Virus record (IMG/VR): IMGVR_UViG_3300013121_000029
Coordinates: 32,001 to 96,000 of that record
Length of the DNA stretch: 64,000 nucleotides
Strand: one strand, 5' to 3'
Source of the DNA: a virus
Lineage: Duplodnaviria > Caudoviricetes
The translations under genes were made by a program, and so were the position numbers. Numbering within the stretch: position 1 is the stretch's first letter; the number at the start of each line of letters is the position of its first letter. The notes beneath the pieces are model-generated. The model was not told the origin of the DNA. It ran no database searches and saw only the letters and a list, made by a program, of their open reading frames with translations. Positions 47,939-58,393 of the stretch are shown piece by piece.

Positions 47939-49135
47939 TTATTCAAAATCTTCTAATTTATGGATTTTACATCCGTTTGGTATTAAATCTGTTCTTGAGT
48001 TGTCCTGATATAAGAACCAATTCCACAAATGGGGCTCATTTAACTTACAAAGCGTTCCACGCCCGTCAGTGAATACAAACGCTATTTTCTTACCTGGTAC
48101 TTTATCAAATACTGTTTGAAAAAAACTAAATGATGTTCCGCCATCTTCAAATTCTGGGTTATTAATATCAATCTTATACCAGTCATCATGAAAACCAAAC
48201 AAATGGACTTCGAAAAATTCTTTTGGTAATGCTCTTGCAAAACCTAAAAAATGATGTCTATATTCATCACAGGAACCAGATGTATCTAATAATATTACTA
48301 CATTAATTTTATCAAATATTTCCACTTCATTAGTGGAAGGTATGCACAATCCATTTGATTCTAAATGTCGTAATCGTTTGTGAGGTAACCAGGTATAATG
48401 TTCATTTGTACGAAACATGGTCTTTTGTAGATATTTTGCAAAATCTATCCATGTCTTTTTTCTTTTCTCTATTATATGAGCATCAGTTTTATCAGAGGAA
48501 CGTCCAAGACCAGATTGTGGGTCTAACTGTTGTGAAATTAGGTCCTTTATTTGTTTTGGATTTTTTTCTGGTAATAAATCTGTTAGGTCTTCTTCTAATT
48601 GCTTTTTTATTTCATCCATATCTTCAGGAGATATAGATGTGTGAATATCAAATCCCAATCCATTATCAGGTGGTAATTTCTTTCTTAGAATAAACAAATA
48701 TTCTTCAGCACTTAAATTATCCATTAACACTTCATTAGGAATTACTGTATCACACCAACAACCATATTTTCTCAAATGTGGTAATTGTGATTCGTTAATA
48801 GTAAAATGACGTAAAATACTATGATTAACAGCAACATCAAGAGCATAATTAGTAATGTAGTCATATGTATTAAAACGTTCGAAATGATATAAAAACACAT
48901 GATAGCATTCGTGTAAGATTAAGAACATTTGTTCTTGTGTTGTTAAAGAATTCCAAAATACAGGATTAAATGTAAATTGTATTCTTCCTTTATGAGCTGA
49001 TACACATGCTGTCGAAATCTTTTCGCTCCACGTGAGTGGAGCTTTATATAATAAAGCATACAGTACTATATTAAATTCGTGAATTTCATCCACAAATTGT
49101 TTAAATTGTTCTTGTTCTTTTTGATATGTTGTCAT
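47939..49135 (-). CDS. Metallopeptidase-vWA protein (DUF2201-like)
   Basis: STACV, LILHECYH, LDTSGS, GGTSF, VFTDG. Confidence 0.8.
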   Translation of the reverse strand: MTTYQKEQEQFKQFVDEIHEFNIVLYALLYKAPLTWSEKISTACVSAHKGRIQFTFNPVFWNSLTTQEQMFLILHECYHVFLYHFERFNTYDYITNYALDVAVNHSILRHFTINESQLPHLRKYGCWCDTVIPNEVLMDNLSAEEYLFILRKKLPPDNGLGFDIHTSISPEDMDEIKKQLEEDLTDLLPEKNPKQIKDLISQQLDPQSGLGRSSDKTDAHIIEKRKKTWIDFAKYLQKTMFRTNEHYTWLPHKRLRHLESNGLCIPSTNEVEIFDKINVVILLDTSGSCDEYRHHFLGFARALPKEFFEVHLFGFHDDWYKIDINNPEFEDGGTSFSFFQTVFDKVPGKKIAFVFTDGRGTLCKLNEPHLWNWFLYQDNSRTDLIPNGCKIHKLEDFE

Positions 49136-50385
49136 TTAAGTTTGTTTACATTGTCTCTTAATTTAGGCATCTTGATAAAAGCAGAATCATCATCATCATT
49201 GTTCTCTTCCTCTCCCATCATATCCCACAAAGCATCTATTTCTTTAGGGGATGGAGTTGTCCATGATTGAGCTTTAATAGTTATATCGTCGTCTGAAAGA
49301 TCCCAAGCTCTCATAATTGATATTTTTCGAGCAGTAGCATTTCTAGCTAACATTCTATTAAGATGGTTAGTAAAAGAGTTTGGTTCTGACATATAATCAA
49401 TTAATGCTGCTGCTTTTACTTGATCATTAGTTCCATAATCGATCATACGTTGTCCTACTGCCGAAACTGTTGGATTAAAAGCAGCAGATGTTTTTCCAAC
49501 ACGTTTAAACAAATGAACGAATTCTTCATTTGATAAAGCACGAAGTTTCTTTGAAAACGCAGCTTTGTCAAGTGACTCTCTGGTTAAATCAGCAATAGAA
49601 GCATTAACGAAATTAACATTTTGGGAAATGCCAGAGGAAGTTGGTTTTGTTTTAACAATAGGCAATGCTTCTTTTTCATCTTGCACTACCTTTATAAATG
49701 TACTTTTTTTGATACAATTTGGTAACGTATCGTTAATGTCCCCACCATCATTAAGCATTTGTAATGCATGATCGATTTCACGTGGTGGAAATTGTAATTG
49801 GATATCTTTTGGTAAACTATCCCACCACTCAGTAATATTTGATGTTATTTTCTTTCCATACTTCTCTTCGAAATACGTCTCAGCGATTTTAAAAGGAACA
49901 GTATACTTAACATGAAATCTCGATCTCACAGCAGGATCTAATTCTTGCACATGATATTGTGGATCTTTATCTTTAGTGGCAGGAGGGTTAATGGCAGCAA
50001 AAATCATTTTAAGATTATTTAATTTTTTGCCATTGATTGATTTAAATTGAATCAACTCCATCAAAGCATTCATTACTTTAGGTGGAGCTCTGTTCATTTC
50101 GTCTAATACAATTACATCAATTTCATCAAACGCAAAGAACTTTGGTCTAACTAAATCTAAATATGCAATTTGTCTATCGTTATCAAATTGCTCTTTTGGA
50201 ATACCAACAAAATCTACCCAAGGATCAAGAGTAGCGCAGCTAAAATATTGGTATCTAAGATTATGACGGTGAAGGGCTTGAAATATGGCGCTGGTCTTTC
50301 CGACGCCATGATTTCCTTCTAAAAGGACGTTATAGTTATGACTAATCCAGAAATCTAATTTTTTCTGTGGTATTGTTTCTTTCAT
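49132..50385 (-). CDS. MoxR-like AAA+ ATPase
   Basis: GNHGVGKT, VLDEMNRA, AAINP, LDPAVRSRF; promoter TTGAAT-17-TATAAT at 50437-50409. Confidence 0.85.
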   Translation of the reverse strand: MKETIPQKKLDFWISHNYNVLLEGNHGVGKTSAIFQALHRHNLRYQYFSCATLDPWVDFVGIPKEQFDNDRQIAYLDLVRPKFFAFDEIDVIVLDEMNRAPPKVMNALMELIQFKSINGKKLNNLKMIFAAINPPATKDKDPQYHVQELDPAVRSRFHVKYTVPFKIAETYFEEKYGKKITSNITEWWDSLPKDIQLQFPPREIDHALQMLNDGGDINDTLPNCIKKSTFIKVVQDEKEALPIVKTKPTSSGISQNVNFVNASIADLTRESLDKAAFSKKLRALSNEEFVHLFKRVGKTSAAFNPTVSAVGQRMIDYGTNDQVKAAALIDYMSEPNSFTNHLNRMLARNATARKISIMRAWDLSDDDITIKAQSWTTPSPKEIDALWDMMGEEENNDDDDSAFIKMPKLRDNVNKLK

Positions 50386-50438
50386 TTATTATACTCTTTT
50401 GAATGAATATTATAAATGAAAGTTTTTGTTAATTCAAC

Positions 50439-51287
50439 TTATACCTCAAAAGAAAAATCGTATCTAAAGAATAATTCATCTTCATCACGGTTTACTTCTT
50501 GATTTTCAAAACCAACACCATAAGGATTAGTTAACACAGTCGTTCTTCCAAATGAATAATTATTGGACGAATGAACATGTCCATGACACCAAAAATTAGG
50601 TCCTTTATTATCTAAAAATTCCTCAGTGAAGTCACTAATGTATCCGCCATTACATATATGGTTCTCATATCTTTTATCAATGGACAGAGCAGTAGGACCG
50701 TGATGGGTAACAACTACCGTTTTTAGATTTTGTTGGGACATATTTTCAATCGTATTAAAGATATACGAGTAAGATTCTTTATGTAACTCTAAAAGGTCAG
50801 ACGAGATTACCATTGGTACCTTAGAAGAATTATGATATTGAGGACCATTTATATTGGAAATGTGTCTCGAATCAAACATTTTCTGTTGACAATTAAACAT
50901 AACCATAGGAGTTTCGTTGAAGTAATTCGTCCAAAGAGTCGCACCAATTATAGCAACATCATCGAAAATGATATGTTGATTGTTTAGAACAGACACATTT
51001 TTCAGAGGTTGGAGAATGCGTTGGAGATAGTGAAGATCACTTATATCGCTACCCCAATATTCATGATTTCCAGGAACATAAATGACGTGCTTAAATCTCG
51101 AATTTACATCTTCGAACCACTGATATACATAATTACGAAGATCTGAAGGCATTCTCCAATGTGCAATGGGAAAGATGTCACCAGCTAATAACAATATAGT
51201 GTCAGCGTCAGTGACATCGTGTGGGATTTGTTTTTGAAAATATTTGTTATATTCAAAGTGCAAATCAGATAAAAGTTTAAATTTCAT
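50439..51287 (-). CDS. Calcineurin-like metallophosphoesterase
   Basis: SDLH, LAGD, PGNHEY, THHGP, HGHVH, NPYG. Confidence 0.88.
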   Translation of the reverse strand: MKFKLLSDLHFEYNKYFQKQIPHDVTDADTILLLAGDIFPIAHWRMPSDLRNYVYQWFEDVNSRFKHVIYVPGNHEYWGSDISDLHYLQRILQPLKNVSVLNNQHIIFDDVAIIGATLWTNYFNETPMVMFNCQQKMFDSRHISNINGPQYHNSSKVPMVISSDLLELHKESYSYIFNTIENMSQQNLKTVVVTHHGPTALSIDKRYENHICNGGYISDFTEEFLDNKGPNFWCHGHVHSSNNYSFGRTTVLTNPYGVGFENQEVNRDEDELFFRYDFSFEV

Positions 51288-51299
51288 GTTACGTCCAAA

Positions 51300-51851
51300 T
51301 TATTTTCTATTTAGTGCTAATTTTTTCCATTTCTCTCTTGCTTCTTTTGCGGAGTAAAGATATGAATATGATACTTCATAATCTTTATAAAGGTAAGTAT
51401 CCCAAATATACTCATCCCATCCTTTCGGACAATATTTTTGCAAATCAGATACAGTTACTTCTCCATCAGTATAAGGTAGATTGTAAGCACATACTTCATT
51501 TAAAATTGTTAAATCTAAATTCTCATCACAAGCAGGATAGTCTACAAATCGACTTCCAAAAGGACCATCAATATCGTCATTTAGTGCAGAATAAGTTACA
51601 CGATCCATCGCACAAGTAATTGGTTGTGTCACAGGATGTAATACTGGAACATTATAGTGTAGTATTACAAACAGAATTATTACAAGAACTGGTAGTGCAA
51701 CAAACACTGATAGAAACATTACTATTAATCGTTCGAATACTGCAACAGCATATACAGGTTGTGATCCGATAGCATTAATTACTTTTAATGCAAGAAATAA
51801 TACCATCCCTAACATCAAACTACCAATTAAAACCATATTCATTGTGTCCAC
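51300..51851 (-). CDS. Membrane protein
   Basis: Two N-terminal TM helices. Confidence 0.5.
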   Translation of the reverse strand: MDTMNMVLIGSLMLGMVLFLALKVINAIGSQPVYAVAVFERLIVMFLSVFVALPVLVIILFVILHYNVPVLHPVTQPITCAMDRVTYSALNDDIDGPFGSRFVDYPACDENLDLTILNEVCAYNLPYTDGEVTVSDLQKYCPKGWDEYIWDTYLYKDYEVSYSYLYSAKEAREKWKKLALNRK

Positions 51852-51865
51852 CTTTTATGTAAAAA

Positions 51866-51897
51866 TAAAGCCTCTCATTGTTACGTGAGAGGCTTTA
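51866..51897 (-). terminator. Rho-independent terminator
   Basis: TAAAGCCTCTCA-N8-TGAGAGGCTTTA followed by a U tract on the - strand. Confidence 0.75.
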
Positions 51898-51914
51898 CTG
51901 ACTCACTTGCCGAA

Positions 51915-52193
51915 TTACTCAGGGCGAGCAATTGGCTCAGCTGCAGCAGCTGCTTTCTCTTTGCGCTTCTTGGTAGAGGCGCTGTGATGAACGTAGAGTT
52001 TTCCGCCGTTTGCAGCAGCGTTCTTGTTCATCTGGTAGTAAGCAGAAGCGCAATCCTTAGACGCAGGGCCTTCAGCGATGAAACGCTGCATGAACGCTTT
52101 GCGTGGGGAAGCTACGGATGCATCTGCAGTCACTTCAGCGTAGATTGCCTTAGCGATAGCCATTTTGTTTACTTTGTTGGTTTCAGTAGTCAT
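51915..52193 (-). CDS. Small basic Ala/Lys-rich protein, possibly DNA-binding
   Basis: AAGGAG RBS, two upstream sigma70-like promoters, own terminator, GC-richer than surroundings. Confidence 0.65.
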   Translation of the reverse strand: MTTETNKVNKMAIAKAIYAEVTADASVASPRKAFMQRFIAEGPASKDCASAYYQMNKNAAANGGKLYVHHSASTKKRKEKAAAAAEPIARPE

Positions 52194-52354
52194 ACTAGAT
52201 CTCCTTCGTTAGTTAGTTTTGACTTCGTCTGAGAGAACCGCTCTCTCATACGTTTATAATATCACGATTAATCTTCCGAATCAACGTTTTTCTTTTCCAG
52301 TAACTACTTCGATGTTTCGTAAAAAGTCATTCGATGTCTTAACGTGATAGAATC

Positions 52355-52383
52355 ATTATACGTTATCTATATTTCGTTTTCAA
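52355..52383 (-). promoter_or_regulatory. Sigma70 early promoter (a second one lies at 52256-52284)
   Basis: TTGAAA-17-TATAAT; TTGATT-17-TATTAT. Confidence 0.65.
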
Positions 52384-52392
52384 CGGTAACAA

Positions 52393-52415
52393 AAAACCTC
52401 CTAAAAGGAGGTTTT
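52393..52415. terminator. Rho-independent terminator
   Basis: AAAACCTCCT-AAA-AGGAGGTTTT. Confidence 0.8.
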
Positions 52416-52420
52416 GTTAA

Positions 52421-53419
52421 TCACTTCAAACGCTGAGGTTTAAACAATGTAGACTTAGCTGTTCGTTCCCAATTTTTCGGTTGCATTCGTATTAATGATG
52501 CAATTTGATCAGCAGTTCTAATAGACAATAATCTAAACTGATCAATATGTTGTTCCATCCATGAAATAATTAATCGCTTTTGCTCTTCAGAGCAACCTTT
52601 TTTGTCTAACATATCGCTACCAAAAACAACTTGTTTGATACGAAGCATAATAGCACGATTGCTATGAATTGCTAAATCAAGATACATGCATCGAGACATC
52701 AATGCTTCCAAGTGTTTGGATATTTTGTCTTCTTTTTCAATTCGTTTGTCGAAATCTTCATTTGAAATGAAGACAACAGAACCATTGAACTCAAAACTTT
52801 TTGGAATTTCCTCTTGACGTAAGAAACGACTATCTGTTGCCCAAGTAATTGTTCTAGTATCACCAGAATCCAATGCTGCTTTAAGAATATTAAGTGGATC
52901 GCTGTCGTAAAAAATTGAATCAGTATCATCAACCAGCAATACTTCACCTTCTTCTCTATGATTCCACAAAGCTTCATACAATCCTAATGCGCTTGCTGTA
53001 CCAGACAATACTGTATACTTACTGATACTTCCTTCTTCAACAGCTTGCTTCAATGCTTGCACAAGTGTAAAAGTTTTTCCGACGCCTGGAGCACCTGAAA
53101 CGATTAGAGCACGGATATCCTTATTAATAATACCACATGTCATATCATCAAGTGTATTAAATCGATCAAGAATGATATCACTCAATTCTTGATCAGAGAT
53201 ATCAACCGTTGTTGTTTCAGCAGCAGTACCAAGATAAGCAATGTCTTCAGGATTGACCCAAATACCTACTCGCTTTCCAGAAAGATCTAAAATTTCAATT
53301 TTACCTGCTTTGGGACCAGGAATGTAAGACCTGTGATACTTAGTGACAAGTTCAAAGGTACCAGAGAAGATATCATTGCGATGAATACCATGATTAACTT
53401 TTACTTGCTTCATATTCAT
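52421..53419 (-). CDS. Phage AAA-type ATPase
   Basis: GAPGVGKT, LLVDDTD, LKAALDS, VFISN, ALMSRC; promoter TTGATT-17-TATAAT at 53475-53447. Confidence 0.8.
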   Translation of the reverse strand: MNMKQVKVNHGIHRNDIFSGTFELVTKYHRSYIPGPKAGKIEILDLSGKRVGIWVNPEDIAYLGTAAETTTVDISDQELSDIILDRFNTLDDMTCGIINKDIRALIVSGAPGVGKTFTLVQALKQAVEEGSISKYTVLSGTASALGLYEALWNHREEGEVLLVDDTDSIFYDSDPLNILKAALDSGDTRTITWATDSRFLRQEEIPKSFEFNGSVVFISNEDFDKRIEKEDKISKHLEALMSRCMYLDLAIHSNRAIMLRIKQVVFGSDMLDKKGCSEEQKRLIISWMEQHIDQFRLLSIRTADQIASLIRMQPKNWERTAKSTLFKPQRLK

Positions 53420-53484
53420 TACTTCTCCTTATATGAATGAATCATCATTATAATAAAAAATCATTATGTAATCAAGAGTCATTC

Positions 53485-53724
53485 TTATTTAATAATTCCT
53501 GTGTTCATTTTCCAGCTTAGTGGGAACGTAAACCCATATCTAAGCATGCTTCTGATTACAGCAAAAATAAAAGAATATATTCCGAATAAACTAAACAATA
53601 AACTTGTAAACAAATGTATGTTGGCTATAGGATAATTTGTTCCTGCACGATCATATACAAATGATCCCATCATTAAGCCATATGATCCCCAACACCATAA
53701 TGCATAAATTAATGTATCGATCAT
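53485..53724 (-). CDS. Small membrane protein
   Basis: Two hydrophobic segments. Confidence 0.5.
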   Translation of the reverse strand: MIDTLIYALWCWGSYGLMMGSFVYDRAGTNYPIANIHLFTSLLFSLFGIYSFIFAVIRSMLRYGFTFPLSWKMNTGIIK

Positions 53725-54032
53725 GATTGCATCATCCTTTTAATAATTTCATTAGTGACGTCAATAACACTTTGGGGTATTTTTTCTGTGGGGTGTTCGT
53801 GAACTATGAAGGTGGTAAAGTATTTGTTCAATTGTCGAAATACTTGTTTTCCTACTTCAACATCAAACTCGAGCAATTCACGTTCTTCTGGTGTAAGAGG
53901 ACCATTTACAGGATTTTGATCATGATTTTGTATTGCTTGATGTAAGTGTTCTGTAATATAAGCAACACGATTCATATAACTGTAAACTAAATGTTCTGGT
54001 ACATCGTATTCTATTACAAATTTTTTACTCAT
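53721..54032 (-). CDS. Hypothetical protein
   Basis: 103-aa ORF overlapping neighbours. Confidence 0.5.
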   Translation of the reverse strand: MSKKFVIEYDVPEHLVYSYMNRVAYITEHLHQAIQNHDQNPVNGPLTPEERELLEFDVEVGKQVFRQLNKYFTTFIVHEHPTEKIPQSVIDVTNEIIKRMMQS

Positions 54033-54429
54033 TCTTTGAATCCAAAAGTTGTTGTAATTCTTGTCTAAATTTTTTGTCTTTGTTTAACTTATTAACGACT
54101 TCTTGCTTAAAGAAGTCGTCACGCTCTTGTATTCTTCGTTTTGCTTCTTCCCTCTGTAATTTCTTTCGCTCGTTATCGTATTTTTCTTGTTCTGCTATAC
54201 GTGCTTTACATTCTTCGTCTGTTTCCCAACGAAGAACAGAAAGTTCCATATATTCAAAATCACTCGAGTAATAATCCAAGCTGATATTATGGGAAACATG
54301 AGCATCAGGATCAAGCTGCTTTGCTTTATCCAATTCATTTAAAAACTTTCGCATAATATCAACAATTTCTTCCGATCTTGTCAATATTGAAATACGGTCA
54401 TTATGTGTGACTTTTATTTGTTTCTTCAT
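54025..54429 (-). CDS. Hypothetical coiled-coil protein
   Basis: RWETDEE followed by a charged helix. Confidence 0.55.
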   Translation of the reverse strand: MKKQIKVTHNDRISILTRSEEIVDIMRKFLNELDKAKQLDPDAHVSHNISLDYYSSDFEYMELSVLRWETDEECKARIAEQEKYDNERKKLQREEAKRRIQERDDFFKQEVVNKLNKDKKFRQELQQLLDSKNE

Positions 54430-55424
54430 GCTACTTCTACCATTTTCATAGCACTATCCCATGCTTTTTGTTTCATTGTTGCTCCGTCACCAAACCATGA
54501 TTTGTTCAACCGTGAATCTGCAGTTCTAGTTCCACGGTGGTGATCACTGTATTCGGTCACAGCATTAATCAATCCCCACAAAGTACCATCAGCACTTGGA
54601 AGATTAGAACCCATGCCTTTACCCATGTAAAGTTCCATTACATGCTTCATCAAGCGAGCATTTTTCTGTTCTTCGATAGGCTTTTTCTCATCGCCCATCA
54701 CTTTAATAAGGAATTCAACTGCTTCCTTGTTCGAAAGTTTTCTCTTTGCTGTCAATTCTGCTTCTTTAGCAAATTGTTCAAAGCTGCCCTTTGCAAGACC
54801 CATCTCAACTTTAACTGCATCAGGATCAAATACTGCTCTGTGAGGAATCTTGATATATTTCTTTGCAGCCCCAGATTCTCCTTCACGAATTGACATATTC
54901 AGTGTATTTTGACATACAGTACGAATACTTGAAAACATTGCCGTGGTAGCAAGAGTACCATCACAAGCAGTTGCAAGTAGAATGTATCCTTCTACTTTAT
55001 CAATACCAAGAATTTCTGCGGATTCGTTGATTTTGGCTAATGCCCAATACTTTCTCCCACCGTGCAAACATCCTGCAACATCGAGAGTGAATCCACCAGT
55101 TGCAACAATGTCACGGAAAAATTCAAGAACTTCGCCTGGCTGCACGACTTTATAATCATCACTCACAATTGCAAGTGCTTTACGTGTATCAGAACGAACA
55201 AGAGCTGTCCTGTAAGGAACCATGTTCATTGTCTTATCGAATTTTTCTTCTTCTTGAAAGAATACAGGACGCTCAAGCAATTCCCAATCCATTCCCGCTG
55301 CTTTACGCCACGTGTCAATATCAGCATTAGGATCTAATGCTTGACCGAGACCGTGCCAAGGAACGACACCGTTTGTGTATGCTATATTAGCACGATTGTT
55401 TGTCATATCTATACAATGAGCCAT
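54426..55424 (-). CDS. DUF932 / TIGR03299-type phage-plasmid protein
   Basis: PWHGLG, YKVVQP, AGCLHGGR, RTVCQNTL, WGLINAVTEYSDH; start MAHC at 55424; promoter at 55481-55453. Confidence 0.85.
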   Translation of the reverse strand: MAHCIDMTNNRANIAYTNGVVPWHGLGQALDPNADIDTWRKAAGMDWELLERPVFFQEEEKFDKTMNMVPYRTALVRSDTRKALAIVSDDYKVVQPGEVLEFFRDIVATGGFTLDVAGCLHGGRKYWALAKINESAEILGIDKVEGYILLATACDGTLATTAMFSSIRTVCQNTLNMSIREGESGAAKKYIKIPHRAVFDPDAVKVEMGLAKGSFEQFAKEAELTAKRKLSNKEAVEFLIKVMGDEKKPIEEQKNARLMKHVMELYMGKGMGSNLPSADGTLWGLINAVTEYSDHHRGTRTADSRLNKSWFGDGATMKQKAWDSAMKMVEVA

Positions 55425-55477
55425 TTGATTAATCCTCGATTTTTGAATGATTATTATAAAAGATGAAAGGTTAGAAA

Positions 55478-55897
55478 TCAACGATGATTGTTAACAATCA
55501 TTACTATTTGATCTTCTATCCAACCTGTTTTCCGTTGATGGTTATGTAATTCTTTAACAGAAGTGAATGCACGATGAGCGTTCCAAAACCATTGTTTTTG
55601 ATTGTCTATAAATTCTGTGATTACTACATTATTATATTTTCCAAATTGCGTAGCTGTAATATCTACAATATGATCTTCAACTACTACAAATACATGACAA
55701 TCACAACTATCTAGAACATTAAGACAAATAACTGGTGATAATCCTTTACGTTTCAATCTAGTAAACAATTCACTTGATGCAATTGCACATAATCCTGTTA
55801 AATCTTTCGGAAAATCATTATCTTCAGCATACATTTCCATATCGAGTCGAACATCATGTGCAATTGCAACTATTGTTTGATAATTATGTAATTGCAT
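55478..55897 (-). CDS. Hypothetical protein (papain/transglutaminase-like C-H-D pattern)
   Basis: GLCAIAS, CHVFV, IVDITATQF. Confidence 0.45.
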   Translation of the reverse strand: MQLHNYQTIVAIAHDVRLDMEMYAEDNDFPKDLTGLCAIASSELFTRLKRKGLSPVICLNVLDSCDCHVFVVVEDHIVDITATQFGKYNNVVITEFIDNQKQWFWNAHRAFTSVKELHNHQRKTGWIEDQIVMIVNNHR

Positions 55898-56168
55898 TAT
55901 TATCTAACCAATTAGCAACTTTTTCTTCATTACCCCAGCAAATGGCAGGGCATTTATTGTAAAGATATTTGACGATATCAGGAAGGGCTCTGATATTTTT
56001 ATCGTCAGCGTGCATTATTGATTCTTTGAGATTATTACATAATACAGCATATAAAAAATCACCAGGTGGGATTTTTCCATATACGTAACTGTTGATGCTA
56101 TCGAAAGTGTGGTTAGGAATATTTTCATAACCACGTGGGATTATAACTGTTAAGTTGTCCATATTCAC
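55884..56168 (-). CDS. Conserved hypothetical phage protein
   Basis: PPGDFLYAVLCNNL...ADDKN...CWG. Confidence 0.55.
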   Translation of the reverse strand: MNMDNLTVIIPRGYENIPNHTFDSINSYVYGKIPPGDFLYAVLCNNLKESIMHADDKNIRALPDIVKYLYNKCPAICWGNEEKVANWLDNNAIT

Positions 56169-56313
56169 CTCTACTTTATTAAATTATAAAGTAAATGAAA
56201 TGATGGAACAATATAATTACCGAGTATTTATGAAAACGCCCACTTGTGTGGAGGGAGGTAAATCTCGTTCAAGTAGTTGATAAATGGAGCTGCCTCAACT
56301 AAATCTATTAGTT

Positions 56314-56979
56314 TCATAGACCATGTTGCTTCATAAAATTATGTAAAGCAAGTAATTTATTGCCGGATTGTGCAACTGCTCTACGTGCTTGATGTTGATA
56401 TTTGTCAGGTAATGTAGAAATTGTTTGATTTACAATTTGTTCAACTTTTTGTGCTTGTTGTCCTTTAACTTCGTCTTGTCCTCGTTCAATACTATCTGTA
56501 TCGACAACACGAGCTGATTTAGAAGGGGTAGAGGACGATGAATCCATACCTCTTAAAATATTTGCACGTTCTTGTTCAATATCACGTAATTGTTGGATAA
56601 CGTGTTCTTGTTTAAGATATTTTGCAGCTGTTTCAATGCTATTGACAAATTGTTCAAAACCTGCACTTTTTGACATTTCAGGATTAGCATGGACAGAATC
56701 TGATTTATATGCTGTTGTTGCAATATTAGCAATTTTATCGAATATTGGATGACTGTTGCGAAGAGAATATGCAACTGATTTTATAGACGGAAAGTTTTTA
56801 GTAAACCAGACAGTTTGTGGACGCTTTAATTGCATTTTAGCAGTCTTAACGTCTCCTGTTTTAGACATTATGCTCGCTGCTGCATTGTTTCCTTCTCTCA
56901 TTGCTGAAAGTGCTCCTCTCACATGATGCATAAATGTATCCACATTGACAGAGTGGCTAATTTCTAATAATAAAGACAT
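56314..56979 (-). CDS. Hypothetical late protein
   Basis: Start MSLLLEIS after AAGGAG; late promoter 57003-57009. Confidence 0.6.
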   Translation of the reverse strand: MSLLLEISHSVNVDTFMHHVRGALSAMREGNNAAASIMSKTGDVKTAKMQLKRPQTVWFTKNFPSIKSVAYSLRNSHPIFDKIANIATTAYKSDSVHANPEMSKSAGFEQFVNSIETAAKYLKQEHVIQQLRDIEQERANILRGMDSSSSTPSKSARVVDTDSIERGQDEVKGQQAQKVEQIVNQTISTLPDKYQHQARRAVAQSGNKLLALHNFMKQHGL

Positions 56980-57054
56980 ACTAAAACTCCTTTGTATGTT
57001 TATATTTATTAGTAAATATAAGATAATCAGTGAATTATCTATGAGAACTTCGGA

Positions 57055-57486
57055 ATGAATTATCAACCTGAGCAATTACAAAAGTATGATGAACAGTATG
57101 TGTTGAAAATATTAGACATGTATGATTTCAGTACTTTAAATATACCTCCTCAGACGTTGTATAATTTCAGAAAGGAATTTGATTGGTATAGACCATATTT
57201 AAACTTTGTGGCTGTGTTAGAAATATTTCCTGAAATGCAATCGACAATGTGGTATAAAAATAAGTTTGAATTAATTGAAGATAATTACTCATTGACCAGA
57301 TTATTGTTTATTAAAGACAGCAAAAAACAAACTAGGGACGAAATAATAACATTTTTATCAGAACCTGCACCTGAAATTGACCGATTTTTACAAATAACTT
57401 CAAAAGTTAATAATATAGTGTACTTTAAACGCAACTATCGTGAAAGTGGAATTATTCAAATTGCTGCTGTTAAGGTAAAACCATGA
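57055..57486 (+). CDS. Paralog array member 1
   Basis: LDMYDF / LNFVA / KVNNIVYF / AVKVK. Confidence 0.65.
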   Translation: MNYQPEQLQKYDEQYVLKILDMYDFSTLNIPPQTLYNFRKEFDWYRPYLNFVAVLEIFPEMQSTMWYKNKFELIEDNYSLTRLLFIKDSKKQTRDEIITFLSEPAPEIDRFLQITSKVNNIVYFKRNYRESGIIQIAAVKVKP

Positions 57487-57993
57487 AAGTACAAGAATTA
57501 TTAGAAAGTAAACAATATACCCCTGAATATGTAGCAAAAGTACTCGATACGTATGGATTTAATGTGCCAGACGATCTTACTCGAGTTGTCAATTTGTCAC
57601 AAAACGTTGATTCTGCAACGGATGATTTAGTTGCTAATTTTGAAACAATTAAACCTATTCTTAATTGTGTAGCTGTGATGACATTACGCAGTAAACAAAT
57701 TGATACGTGGTATGAACATTTTTCGACATATTTTTTAAACGCAATAAGTAAACACGTAGATGTCGATTTAAACGAGCATGTACTACCTATGTGTAATGTT
57801 CACATACACAAAGTAATAGGTAGTGATTATGATAAATGGAATAAAAAAGTACAAGATTTTGTAGATTATACTTCTAATGTATCTAACGTTCGGTATAGAG
57901 TGTTCTATATTCCATCATCAGTATTAAAAATTGTGTATGCATATAAGGTAAAAGTATGAAAGTACAAGAATTATTAGAAAGTAAAGAATATAC
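57471..57993 (+). repeat. ~50-bp direct repeats at gene junctions (57471-57520 and 57944-57993; degenerate copy near 59297)
   Basis: TAAGGTAAAA-NN-ATGAAAGTACAAGAATTATTAGAAAGTAAA(C/G)AATATAC. Confidence 0.8.
57483..57959 (+). CDS. Paralog array member 2
   Basis: MKVQELLE; LDTYGF / LNCVA / NVSNVRY / AYKVK. Confidence 0.7.
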   Translation: MKVQELLESKQYTPEYVAKVLDTYGFNVPDDLTRVVNLSQNVDSATDDLVANFETIKPILNCVAVMTLRSKQIDTWYEHFSTYFLNAISKHVDVDLNEHVLPMCNVHIHKVIGSDYDKWNKKVQDFVDYTSNVSNVRYRVFYIPSSVLKIVYAYKVKV

Positions 57994-58393
57994 AGTAGAA
58001 GAAGTTAATAGATTATTGGATACATATGACTTCACACAACTGTCATCTCCTTTAGGTTGGTTGGATAAAGCATTAATTAACAATTTTGAAAAAGTACGTC
58101 CATATCTTAATTGTGTCGCTATATTAACATGTTATACAATGCAAATAAAATTGAGGACTACTGCCTTTGATTATTCCGTGCTGTCAAAAACACGAACACA
58201 CAATGTATCTGAACTCTCAATGAACGAGATTCTAACATTTATCAATAAACGTGAACGAACTCCTCTAGAAATGGAAGAGGTGGATCAATTTTTTCAATTA
58301 ACTAGTAACATCTCCAACATTAAATATTTAAAAATACCAATCGATCCAAACGGATTACATGTTAGATTTTATGCATATAAGGCCAACATATGA
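57956..58393 (+). CDS. Paralog array member 3
   Basis: MKVQELLE; LDTYDF / LNCVA / NISNIKY / AYK. Confidence 0.7.
   Translation: MKVQELLESKEYTVEEVNRLLDTYDFTQLSSPLGWLDKALINNFEKVRPYLNCVAILTCYTMQIKLRTTAFDYSVLSKTRTHNVSELSMNEILTFINKRERTPLEMEEVDQFFQLTSNISNIKYLKIPIDPNGLHVRFYAYKANI

Noticed and set aside
56169-56313. Intergenic stretch with a TAGTTGA/TCAACTA inverted repeat and a 26-codon + strand ORF
   Set aside because: Weak structure and no RBS; no function can be supported.
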